DNA from: Burkholderiaceae bacterium
GTDB taxonomy: Bacteria > Pseudomonadota > Gammaproteobacteria > Burkholderiales > WYBJ01
Assembly: GCA_011525945.1 (NCBI GenBank)
Contig: WYBJ01000071.1
Span: 1 to 61,145, forward strand
Direction: 5' to 3'
DNA: 61,145 bases
Shown here: piece by piece, positions 1 to 8,333 of the stretch
How positions within the stretch are numbered: position 1 is the stretch's first letter
Layout: every line of letters starts with the position of its first letter
The notes under the pieces: generated by a model
Database searches by the model: none
What the model was told of the DNA's origin: nothing
What the model saw: only the letters and a program-made list of their open reading frames with translations
Position numbers and translations under genes: made by a program

Positions 1-596
1 AGCACGACGAAGTCCGACTGGCGCAGGACTTCGTGCAACGCCTCCGGACCGTAAACCTTGTCGACGTGGGCAACGGGGTCGGGGGTGCGCTTGCTGCCGA
101 TGATGCGCATGTCGAGCGCGCCCGCCTTGGCTGCAAGCTCCTGCCCGATTGCACCCAGCCCGAGTATGCCGAGTGTCTTGCCGGCGAGCGTGATGGATTG
201 GCGCCGCGTCCAGCGGCTCTCGCGTTGATCGAGCGCGATCGCCATGTAGGGTTTGGTCAGGTGGAACAGCGCGCCCAGGATGTTTTCCGCCACTGCGTCA
301 CGGTGCGAACCGCGTGCGCACGAGATCAACACGTCGCGACTCAGCCCGGGCGCTTCGAGCCACGATTCGACGCCCGCGGTCATCGCCTGGATCCAGCGCA
401 GTCGCGGCATGCGCTGCAGATAGCTCCCGGACTGCCATCCGACCAGGACTTCCGTGCGTGCCGCGAGCTCGTCCGGCATCGAGGCATCGCGTTTGAGGTC
501 GTGCAACTCGAAGCGGTCTTCGAGCTGCAACCGGGCCAGAGCGGCCCGGTACGCAGGCGCGTCGTCTACCCAAAGAACGCACACCGGTTTGCCCAT
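1..596 (-). CDS. D-isomer-specific 2-hydroxyacid dehydrogenase family protein (partial; 3-prime end lies beyond the left edge)
   Basis: Absent from the ORF track because it is open at the window edge. Manual minus-strand translation from ATG (complement of 594-596) reads MGKPVCVLWVDDAPAYRAAL...LAGKTLGILGLGAIGQELAAKAGALDMRIIGSKR, with a GxGxxG NAD-binding loop. AGGAGA lies 5 nt upstream of the ATG. Track ORF 33..731 (+) is its antisense shadow. Confidence 0.8.
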   Translation of the reverse strand, partial: MGKPVCVLWVDDAPAYRAALARLQLEDRFELHDLKRDASMPDELAARTEVLVGWQSGSYLQRMPRLRWIQAMTAGVESWLEAPGLSRDVLISCARGSHRDAVAENILGALFHLTKPYMAIALDQRESRWTRRQSITLAGKTLGILGLGAIGQELAAKAGALDMRIIGSKRTPDPVAHVDKVYGPEALHEVLRQSDFVV

Positions 597-1040
597 CGAA
601 CTCTCCTGAACGCGGTTCGCCGCCGATCGATGCCGGCGGCGGTGCAGTGTACCGCATTCGATAGCGATGGCGGATGCGGATCTGGCCGTCGCTTGCGTCG
701 CCTCGTACCTGTGAGAGCCTCGGGACACTAGGATCGCAGCACGTCAATGGGCACGAATGTTCGCTTCCTTCGCGAGCTTACGCGCGGCGGCGGAAAACTT
801 CCCGGCATCGGTGACGAAGGTGAAAGGCTTCATGAGCGTCAGGCGATCCGCGTTTGCTTCTCCGGGCTGTGGGGGCGGCATTGTCGCCTGCGGCGGTGCG
901 TTGGCCCAGGGCCAGGCACGCCGTCACCTCGGGGCGATCCTGGAGAATTCGTGGGCCAATCGGCTGGATGCCGGAGCGAGGTTGCAGACGGGCTTGGCAT
1001 AAAGCCACAATGGCGCCTCGATACAGCGAGCGACACCGCG

Positions 1041-1970
1041 ATGGAGCGGCTGCGAATTGTCGATTCACATACGGGCGGCGAACCGACGCGGGTGGTGGTC
1101 GCGGGCGGGCCCGATCTGGGGCGGGGCTCGATTGCTTTTCGTCGCGACCGCCTGCGGAGCGAGTTCGACCGTTACCGCCGCGCCGCCGTCGGCGAACCTC
1201 GCGGTTCCGAGGTCATCGTGGGGGCGTGGTTGCTTGCGCCCGAGGATGCATCGTGCGCGGCCGGGGTCATCTACTTCAACAGCGCCGGTTACCTTGGCAT
1301 GTGCGGCCACGGCACCATCGGCTTGATCGCGACTCTAGCGCACCTGGGGCGAATCGGGCCGGGCGAGCACCGCATCGAGACACCGGTAGGTATCGTCACC
1401 TGCACCCTGCACGAAGACGGTGACGTAAGCGTGCGCAATGTGCCGAGTTGGCGTGCGCGCAAGAACGTGACTGTCGAGGTGCCCGAGTGGGGGACGGCGA
1501 TGGGCGATGTCGCCTACGGCGGTAACTGGTTCTTTCTGGTGGCACAGCATGAGCAGGACCTGACGCTTGCAAACGTCGTGCAGCTCAGCGACTTCTGCGC
1601 GCGCATTCGTCGCGAGGTCAATGCGCGCGGATTCCCCCAAGTCGATCATGTCGAGCTGTTCGGCCCGCCGCTGATCGCTGGCGCCGATTCGCGCAATTTC
1701 GTGCTCTGTCCGGGCAACGCGTACGACCGATCGCCATGCGGAACCGGCACGAGTGCGAAGCTCGCCTGCCTCGCCGCCGACGGCAAGCTGGCGGAGGGAG
1801 CGGCCTGGGTGCAGGAAAGCATTCTCGGCAGCACCTTCACCGGCTCGTACCGGTGGCTGGATCGTGCGGCCGGTAAGGTGGCGCCCGTCATCCGTGGCAG
1901 GGCATTCGTGAATGCGCAGGCGACCCTTCTGCTCGACGAGCGCGATCCGTTCTGCTGGGGCGTGGGTTGA
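1041..1970 (+). CDS. proline racemase family protein, 4-hydroxyproline 2-epimerase-like
   Basis: Inner ATG of track ORF 747..1970. Reads MERLRIVDSHTGGEPTRVV, with both catalytic-Cys motifs (YLGMCGHG and DRSPCGTGTSA). The 98 upstream codons are Arg/Gly-rich junk. Confidence 0.85.
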   Translation: MERLRIVDSHTGGEPTRVVVAGGPDLGRGSIAFRRDRLRSEFDRYRRAAVGEPRGSEVIVGAWLLAPEDASCAAGVIYFNSAGYLGMCGHGTIGLIATLAHLGRIGPGEHRIETPVGIVTCTLHEDGDVSVRNVPSWRARKNVTVEVPEWGTAMGDVAYGGNWFFLVAQHEQDLTLANVVQLSDFCARIRREVNARGFPQVDHVELFGPPLIAGADSRNFVLCPGNAYDRSPCGTGTSAKLACLAADGKLAEGAAWVQESILGSTFTGSYRWLDRAAGKVAPVIRGRAFVNAQATLLLDERDPFCWGVG

Positions 1971-2263
1971 TTTGAGCGGACGCTACGTGAAGCCACGCCT
2001 ATCGTTGTGCACGAGCCGCCGCCGGAGCGCGTAGCGCGGAGCGTATCGACCAGCACCGCCGGTGGTCGGCTCGATGCACGGGCTGGGTAGCGCCATCACG
2101 GCGCTTCGATGAGCTCTTCAAGATACAGAGCCGCAGCTTCGCGGAGATCCGATACGGCATCTTCGATGGTTTCGCCTTGGGTCGCGGCGGCGTTGGTCGA
2201 TGCACGGAGCCGGCTTTCGACGGAACACCGAGGTGAGTGTGCGGGAAGCGAGCTGCGATTGGC

Positions 2264-2980
2264 CTAACGGGCGCCCGCGCTTTCGAGAATCTCGACCATT
2301 TCGCGGTAGCGCCGCGATTTCGCAAGCTTGAGCGGCGTCTGGCCATTGCGATCGGCGAGCTTCGTGCTCGCGCCGGCTTTGACGAGTGCGCGTAGCGTCT
2401 CGATGTGGCGGATGCCTCCGTCGCCCAGCACGATGGCCTCGATCAGTGCGGTCCAGTGCAGGTTGTTGACATGGTCGAGTGGAGCGCCTGCGGCGATCAA
2501 CTGCTGTACGACGCCTGCGTGTCCGAGGTGCGCTGCGGCGATGAGCGCCGTACCGTCGTAGCGGCTGGTGACGAGCTTCGCGCTAGCCCCGAGCGCGAGC
2601 AGCGTGCGCAGCGTCTCCTCGTCGCCCGCCACGGCCGCGATGGTGACCGCGTCGTAGCGGTCGTTCTCGAGCAGTTCCAGCTTGGCGCCGGCCTGCGCGA
2701 GTTGCCGGATCGCCTCGCGCTGGCGCGCGAAAGTCGCCACGTGCACGGGCGTGCGGCCATGGCCATCGCGTGCATCCAGGCGCGCACCCTCGGCGACGAG
2801 TTTACGAATCTGCGCGAGATCGCCTTGGTGCGCGGCGGCATGGAGCCCGCTGTAGGTCGCGATTTCTGCGGGCGCGGGCGGCACCTGGGCGGCCGCCGGC
2901 GCTCCCCAGCCGAGCGCGGCGCCAAGCGCGATCGCCTGCACGGTGCAGCGTTTCCTGCCCTCGATCCGCTCTCGATTCAT
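2264..2980 (-). CDS. secreted ankyrin-repeat protein
   Basis: Signal-like N-terminus AIALGAALGWGAPAAAQV. Followed by ankyrin units such as DGHGRTPVHVATFARQREAIRQLAQAGA, YDGTALIAAAHLGHAGVVQQLIAAGA and DRNGQTPLKLA. Confidence 0.85.
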   Translation of the reverse strand: MNRERIEGRKRCTVQAIALGAALGWGAPAAAQVPPAPAEIATYSGLHAAAHQGDLAQIRKLVAEGARLDARDGHGRTPVHVATFARQREAIRQLAQAGAKLELLENDRYDAVTIAAVAGDEETLRTLLALGASAKLVTSRYDGTALIAAAHLGHAGVVQQLIAAGAPLDHVNNLHWTALIEAIVLGDGGIRHIETLRALVKAGASTKLADRNGQTPLKLAKSRRYREMVEILESAGAR

Positions 2981-3182
2981 GGCGAGCCTCTGTGAAAATG
3001 GCGCTACTTAAACGACTCCCTGACCCGTTCTCCTCCGGTGGGCTTAAACTACGCGCAATCGCCCGATTCGAATAGACCGGATACCGCGCCGTGGATGCAT
3101 CGACAAGTCAGCAAGTCACGAGCGCCCGCAGGATCCGTTCTACATCGCTTCGCTATTCCCGCACAGTCACTCACAAGCCAGC

Positions 3183-4013
3183 ATGGCCTCGCGCACCGCA
3201 TACAAAGCCATCATCCTGAGCGCCGGGCAGGGCAGCCGGCTCCTGCCCCATACCGAGCACGTTCCCAAGTGTCTGCTGGCATTGAACGGGTGCAGCTTGC
3301 TCGAATGGCAGCTGCAAAATCTCGCCGAGGCGGGTGTCCAAGAGGCCGTGGTCGTGACCGGCTTTCGCGACGACCTCGTGCGCCAAGAGATCGAGAGCCG
3401 CGCGCCTCGGTCCATGCAGGTCAGCACGCTCTTCAATCCCTTCTACAAGCTCGCCGACAATCTGGCGAGCTGCTGGATGGCGCGCGCAGAGCTCGCCGGC
3501 GCCTGCCTGATTCTCAACGGCGACACCTTGTTCGAGCCGGAAATCGCGCGCCGGCTGCTGGCGGCGCCGGACGCCCCGATCACGGTTACGATCGACCGCA
3601 AGTCAGCCTACGATGCCGACGACATGAAGGTGCACGATCATGGCAGCCGCATGATGGCTATCGGCAAGGCGTTGCCGGCGGGCGAGGTGACGGGCGAATC
3701 GATCGGCTTCCTGCGCTTCAATGCCGCGGGCGCCGCCCGGTTCGTCGCCGAGCTCGAGCACATCATGCGCACCCCGGAGGGCGCGAAGCTCTGGTATCTG
3801 TCGGCGATCGATCGCCTGGCGAAAGCCGGGGTGGATGTGCGCGTGGCGTCGATCGAGACGCTGCAATGGGCCGAGCTCGACTTTTCCGCCGATCTCGCGC
3901 GCTGTCGCGCAATCGCTGCTGCTTGGATCGCCCGGCGCCCGCTCGCCGATCGAAGTGAGTCAGGATTCGGTTTGGACGCGCCCCTCTCCCTGCGGGAGAG
4001 CGGGCGCGGGTGA
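3183..4013 (+). CDS. NTP-transferase (sugar-/alcohol-phosphate cytidylyl/nucleotidyltransferase, LicC/IPCT-like)
   Basis: N-terminal KAIILSAGQGSRL nucleotide-binding loop, then LILNGDTLFE and GESIGFLRF. The last ~12 codons (PLSLRESGRG) are encoded by the REP-like repeat at 3981-4018. Confidence 0.8.
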   Translation: MASRTAYKAIILSAGQGSRLLPHTEHVPKCLLALNGCSLLEWQLQNLAEAGVQEAVVVTGFRDDLVRQEIESRAPRSMQVSTLFNPFYKLADNLASCWMARAELAGACLILNGDTLFEPEIARRLLAAPDAPITVTIDRKSAYDADDMKVHDHGSRMMAIGKALPAGEVTGESIGFLRFNAAGAARFVAELEHIMRTPEGAKLWYLSAIDRLAKAGVDVRVASIETLQWAELDFSADLARCRAIAAAWIARRPLADRSESGFGLDAPLSLRESGRG

Positions 4014-4018
4014 GGGAG
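3981..4018. repeat. REP-like GC-rich hairpin repeat, copy A
   Basis: Sequence cccctctccc-tgc-gggagag-cgggcgcgggtgagggag. It has a 7-bp stem (ctctccc/gggagag) followed by a ggtgaggga tail. Same architecture as the copies at 4101-4134 and 45321-45372. Confidence 0.6.
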
Positions 4019-4070
4019 TCGTCGGCGCGGCGCGTGATCTCCCCCACCGTCGGTCCCTTTCCATGAACTT

Positions 4071-4086
4071 GCCCGCATCAGCGGGC
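4071..4086. terminator. hairpin between convergent genes (possible bidirectional terminator)
   Basis: gcccgc-atca-gcgggc forms a perfect 6-bp GC stem midway between the stops at 4013 (+) and 4155 (-). There is no clear U-tract, hence the low confidence. Confidence 0.35.
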
Positions 4087-4100
4087 ACACGACGCTCGCC

Positions 4101-4134
4101 TCTGTCCCTGGGAAGGGGTTGGGGGTGAGGGAAG
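4101..4134. repeat. REP-like repeat, copy B
   Basis: Sequence tctgtccctgggaaggggttgggggtgagggaag. The 21-mer aggggttgggggtgagggaag is identical to 45352-45372. Confidence 0.65.
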
Positions 4135-4154
4135 ACAAGCCGCCGGATCCGAGC

Positions 4155-4940
4155 TCAGAGCTTATCCGCGAGCGCGCGTACGAGCTCGAGATCGGCCGGC
4201 TTGTCGACGTCGATCGCCGCGCGCCCGTCGGCCAACTCCACGGCGCGAATGCTCGTGCCGGAAAGCGTCCCCAGCCGCGCGAGCGCATCGTCGAGGCGCA
4301 GTCGGCCGAGGCGGTAGCGCAGCGCCGCGCCGATTCCCAGGCGCAGCATCATCTTGAGCGGTGCTTTGCGATGCGCCTCGATCTCTCCCCAGAGGCGCAC
4401 GGCGCGTTCGGCGCTGGGGCGCTGGAAGCAAAAGAGATTGCAGCCCGAGTAATCGCCATCGGCGAAGCGAAGGTAGGTGCGTTGCGTTGCAGGCGCGCAC
4501 GCGACTACCGCGTCCTTGCGCGCGAGCGCGAGGGTCACATCGGCCTCGGGCGGGCAGGCGTCGAGAAACGCACCCAGCCACTGCGGCATGAGCAGTGCAT
4601 GATCGGCGGTGGTGACGACGAGCGGCGTGCCCTCGCGCTCGAGCACGGCAGCCACGCTGGCGCTCGGGCTGTACGCGGCCGGTACGATGGCAACCGGTTT
4701 CGGGCATCGTGGGGCGCGTAGCCCGGGTAGCGCCGATAACGCTTCCGGGCGCTCGATCGCGATGAGGATGCGGCTCACGGCGGGTACGGCGGCCAGTGCA
4801 GCCACGACGCGCTCGATCATCGTAGCACCGGCAACCTCGATCAGCGCCTTATGACTCACGCCGGCATATCTTGCGAGGGGATCGCCGTCTGGCCGGCTGC
4901 CGGCGAGCACGAGGGCACTGAGCCCGTTCTCCGCCTTCAA
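4155..4940 (-). CDS. MobA-like (GT-A fold) NTP-transferase domain protein
   Basis: Motifs SALVLAGSRPDGDPLA, EVAGATMIERVV and VVTTADHALL. Start set at TTG (complement 4938-4940), which overlaps the upstream stop as TTGA. The rest of track ORF 4155..5318 runs out of frame inside the upstream gene. The start is uncertain. Confidence 0.7.
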   Translation of the reverse strand: MKAENGLSALVLAGSRPDGDPLARYAGVSHKALIEVAGATMIERVVAALAAVPAVSRILIAIERPEALSALPGLRAPRCPKPVAIVPAAYSPSASVAAVLEREGTPLVVTTADHALLMPQWLGAFLDACPPEADVTLALARKDAVVACAPATQRTYLRFADGDYSGCNLFCFQRPSAERAVRLWGEIEAHRKAPLKMMLRLGIGAALRYRLGRLRLDDALARLGTLSGTSIRAVELADGRAAIDVDKPADLELVRALADKL

Positions 4941-6058
4941 GCGAGCGCCTTCTGGTAGATCCGGTAAGTCTTGTAGGGAACCGCGCCGAGCGTTTCGATC
5001 ACGCGCCGCATCGGCCGGTTGTCCTCCAGGATCCAGGAAAGCTCGACTTGCCGCACGCCGCGCGCTCGGGCGCCCGTGCGCAGCCGCTCGATGATGCCGT
5101 ACGCAAGTATGCCGCCGAGCACACCACCCTGGTACTGCGGTCGGATACCCATGAGCGGAACGCGTGCGGAGCGGGTTCCGCGCTTCAAGCGCACGAGCAG
5201 GCGCAACCAATTGAGCGGTAACAGACGGCCGTCGAAGCCGGCGATCGCCTCGTTGAGGTTCGGCAGCAGAATCCCGAATCCCACCGCTTTGCCGTCGATC
5301 TGTGCAATCGCGACACAACTCGGTTGAATCAAGGGCTTCAACGCCTTCGCCATGTGGCGGATCTCAGCCGCGGTGAACGGAATGAAGCCCCAGTTCGCGG
5401 ACCAGGCGGCGTTGAAGATCTCGGTGACGAGGTCGAACTCCTCGATGTAGCGGCGCATGTCGAGGGTGCGTACCGCGATCGCTCCGGGTGCTCGCGTATC
5501 GATGAGCCGGCGCGCGGCCGGCGGCAGATCGCGTTCGAGGTCGTACAGGTAGGCGATCGTGTCCTTCGCCTTGGCGTAGCCGCAAGCTTCCAGGCGCCGC
5601 GCCGCGTACGGCGGATCGTGCGCCATCATCATCATCGGCGGCGTGCCGAAGCCGTCGACGAGCAGGCCGCTTTCCTCGTTGATGGATAGATTGAAAGGGC
5701 CCAGTGCGCGATTTCGTCCGCGCGCAGACAGCCACGCCTCGGCTGCGCCAAACAGTGCCGCGAACGTGTCGGCGTCATCCTCGGCCGCGATCAGCCCGAA
5801 GTGGCCGTCCGCGTCCGGTGCGAGCCGGTCGACCTGGGCGCTAATGCGCCCGACATCCCGGCCTGCGCGTTGCGCCAGGAAGAACTGCGCTTCGGCGTGC
5901 TGAAAGTAGGGGTTGTGCCGCGGCGAGAGCGCCTGACTGCGCTCCAGATGCAGCGGCGTGACAAAGCACCGATCGGCCGCGTACAGTCGCGCGGGCAAAC
6001 GGATGAAGCGATCGAACTGCGAGCGCGTGCGCACCGGGACTACGGTTACGCCGCTCAT
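4937..6058 (-). CDS. GNAT-fold acyltransferase (~373 aa); candidate N-acyltransferase of the lipid island
   Basis: Begins MSGVTVVPVRTRSQFDRFIRLPARLY, with MMMAHDPPYAARRLEACGY and a GNAT-like motif-A region GIRPQYQGGVLGGILAYG. The ATG overlaps the upstream stop (ATGA at 6055-6058). The upstream 194 codons of the track ORF are Arg-rich shadow. Confidence 0.75.
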   Translation of the reverse strand: MSGVTVVPVRTRSQFDRFIRLPARLYAADRCFVTPLHLERSQALSPRHNPYFQHAEAQFFLAQRAGRDVGRISAQVDRLAPDADGHFGLIAAEDDADTFAALFGAAEAWLSARGRNRALGPFNLSINEESGLLVDGFGTPPMMMMAHDPPYAARRLEACGYAKAKDTIAYLYDLERDLPPAARRLIDTRAPGAIAVRTLDMRRYIEEFDLVTEIFNAAWSANWGFIPFTAAEIRHMAKALKPLIQPSCVAIAQIDGKAVGFGILLPNLNEAIAGFDGRLLPLNWLRLLVRLKRGTRSARVPLMGIRPQYQGGVLGGILAYGIIERLRTGARARGVRQVELSWILEDNRPMRRVIETLGAVPYKTYRIYQKALA

Positions 6059-7269
6059 CGGGGCTTGGAGCTCGCCGCGGGTGGGAACAGGAACCCGACC
6101 CAGACGGTTCGCAGCGTATGCCAAGCGAATGTCAGTGCCTGCCAGGCCGTGACCAGGATCAGTCCCGCGTCGCCAGTGCCGAGTGCGAGCGCGATCGCCA
6201 TGATCGTCATGGTGATGTTGCGGCGCGCGATCACGGCGCGTGCCAGCGCGTCGAGGCGCGTGGCCGCATGAAGCGCGGACCCGAGCTTGTATCGGGCGAT
6301 CCCGAGCACCAGTCGGTCGGCGACATAGAACACGATCAGCCATACGGCGGCGAGGTACATCGGATCGGCGAGCGTGCGCGCCCCCAGGCCCCAGGCCCAG
6401 GCGAAATACCAGAACGGCGGGTGCACTTGATCGAGTCCGTGGTCGAGAACGTTGCCGATCTTCGACTCGGTGAGCATCAGGCGCGCCACCTTGCCGTCGA
6501 CGCTGTCGAGCACGCTCATGGCGTAGGCGCACACGAAGCCGGCGAACCAATGTCCACCCGCCCACAGCGGTACGGCTGCGAATGCGAGCACTACCGACAG
6601 CGCCGTCAGCACGTTGGGGTGGACGCCGAGTGCGGTGCACACGCGCACGAGCGGCCAGACCAGCGGCGGATACACCCAGCGTGTCAGCAGGTCGGTCGAG
6701 CCTTTGTAGTTATCCCAGAAGAGCTGGCGCTCGAGCCGCCTGCGTGTGTCGGCATCCTCGACCACGTACTGCCACCAGGGAAGCGTGCGGCGCAGCTTGT
6801 CGATGTAGGCCGGGAAAGCGCGCTCGTCCAAAGGCGCGATCTTGCCGCCGGCGAGCAACGCATCGGCCACCGCGCTCAACGTGGTTGCTTCAGCGGGAAT
6901 GGCGTCGGCGTGCGAGCGATCCAGGCACAGGGCGGCGGCGCGCTGCGCGCCTTCGCCGCGCGCCGCCACACAGGGGCGAGCCGAAGCAAGAAAGCGGATC
7001 AGACGCGGGTCGGTGACGTGCGCGCCATCCACGGCGACGAGCGCTCCGCGAGCGTCGCGTAGTGCGCGCCGCAGCCGTTCGCCCAGCGGCGCCGTGCCGC
7101 AATCGGCACGCGCGCGGGGCCAGGCAGACTGTGCCGCACCGGCGCCGGACAGCATCACCGAATCGCCGGGCGCCAGATGACCGACGCTACGGCGCAGGCG
7201 CTCGAGTGGCGGCACGCCGAAGAGCGCTTGCGCCCGCGGCAGATTGCTTGTTTCGATCCAGAGGTTCAT
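6055..7269 (-). CDS. CDP-alcohol phosphatidyltransferase with ~190-aa N-terminal soluble extension (paralog 1)
   Basis: Exact signature D-G-x2-A-R-x8-G-x3-D-x3-D in DSVDGKVARLMLTESKIGNVLDHGLDQVHP. Multiple TM segments follow. ATGA overlap with the upstream gene at 7266-7269. Confidence 0.88.
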   Translation of the reverse strand: MNLWIETSNLPRAQALFGVPPLERLRRSVGHLAPGDSVMLSGAGAAQSAWPRARADCGTAPLGERLRRALRDARGALVAVDGAHVTDPRLIRFLASARPCVAARGEGAQRAAALCLDRSHADAIPAEATTLSAVADALLAGGKIAPLDERAFPAYIDKLRRTLPWWQYVVEDADTRRRLERQLFWDNYKGSTDLLTRWVYPPLVWPLVRVCTALGVHPNVLTALSVVLAFAAVPLWAGGHWFAGFVCAYAMSVLDSVDGKVARLMLTESKIGNVLDHGLDQVHPPFWYFAWAWGLGARTLADPMYLAAVWLIVFYVADRLVLGIARYKLGSALHAATRLDALARAVIARRNITMTIMAIALALGTGDAGLILVTAWQALTFAWHTLRTVWVGFLFPPAASSKPR

Positions 7270-8333
7270 CGGCGTTCGGCGAAATGAAGCTGCAGCAGTC
7301 CGATCGCGGAGAATAGCAGCGGCGCGGCGAGCGCGGCGACGACCGCGGGTATGCGTCCCGTCGTTCCGAGTGCAGCCATGAAGCCGTCGCACAGCAGGAA
7401 TGCGAGGCCAAGCCCAAGGGCAAGCAGCAGGGCGCCGGCTTCGTTGTTGCGACGCGGCAGCCCGCGCGCCGCCGGCAATGCGAGCAACAGCATGATGAAC
7501 GGCGCAAGCGGCAGCACGAACGAACGCACGAGTGCCGTCTGGTAGTAGCTCAGCGGCTGACTTGCGATGCGCTCGCCTCCGAGCACATCGATCAGCGCCG
7601 CGCTGGAGAGGTTCGGGCGCGCGATGTTGGCGCGGCGAACGTCATCCGGAGTGAGATTGGTCTGCCAGAGCGATATCGGTTCATCGGCACGAGGAACCGT
7701 CGCGCCCGGAACGACCAGTCGCTGGACACCTTCGAGCCGCCAGGCGCCGTGTTGCCATTGCGCGGACCGCGCTGCGATGCGCTCGGTGAGCAGGGTATTG
7801 TCACCGCGGACGTAAATGCGAACGCCGCCGAGGCGTTCGCCGTCGGCGGATGCGGTCAGATAGGATACCGGTCCCGTACTGGTGCGAAGCCAGCTCGGTT
7901 GCGGCGTATCATCGCGCGGCGCCGTGGCGGTCCACCAGGACTGCAACGCGGCTTCGGTATCGGGTACGACGGCTTGCGACAAGGCGATGTGCGTCATCGC
8001 CACGACCAGCGGAACGGGCAGCAGGTAGACGACGATCTGTTTCAGATTGACCCCGGCGGTGCGGATCGCGATCATCTCGTGGTGTCGGGCCAGGTCGTAA
8101 AATGCCCACATCGCACCGAGCAAGGCGGCGAGCGGCAGTGCCACTGTGATCTGGCTTGGCGCGCGCAGCGCGGCGTAGTACGCAAGCCCCTCGATGCCGA
8201 GGCCGCGATCGAGCACATCGGTGGTCATGTCCATCAGCTCGAGCGCTTGCATGAGTGCGATGAAAAAAATCGCAAGCAGCACGGTGTGTACAGCCACGCG
8301 CCGGCGCAGGTAGGCAGCGAGCGCGCCGTTCAT
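7266..8333 (-). CDS. LptG-like permease (YjgP/YjgQ family)
   Basis: Begins MNGALAAYLRRRVAVHTVLLAIFFIALMQALELMD. Organisation is 3 TM segments, a ~130-aa periplasmic domain, then 3 TM segments. It is the second of two tandem YjgP/YjgQ genes. ATGA overlap at 8330-8333. Confidence 0.8.
   Translation of the reverse strand: MNGALAAYLRRRVAVHTVLLAIFFIALMQALELMDMTTDVLDRGLGIEGLAYYAALRAPSQITVALPLAALLGAMWAFYDLARHHEMIAIRTAGVNLKQIVVYLLPVPLVVAMTHIALSQAVVPDTEAALQSWWTATAPRDDTPQPSWLRTSTGPVSYLTASADGERLGGVRIYVRGDNTLLTERIAARSAQWQHGAWRLEGVQRLVVPGATVPRADEPISLWQTNLTPDDVRRANIARPNLSSAALIDVLGGERIASQPLSYYQTALVRSFVLPLAPFIMLLLALPAARGLPRRNNEAGALLLALGLGLAFLLCDGFMAALGTTGRIPAVVAALAAPLLFSAIGLLQLHFAERR

Noticed and set aside
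33-731. 232-aa plus-strand ORF at the left edge
   Set aside because: Arg/Ala/Gly-rich with no motifs. It is the antisense shadow of the clearly recognisable 2-hydroxyacid dehydrogenase gene on the minus strand (1-596).
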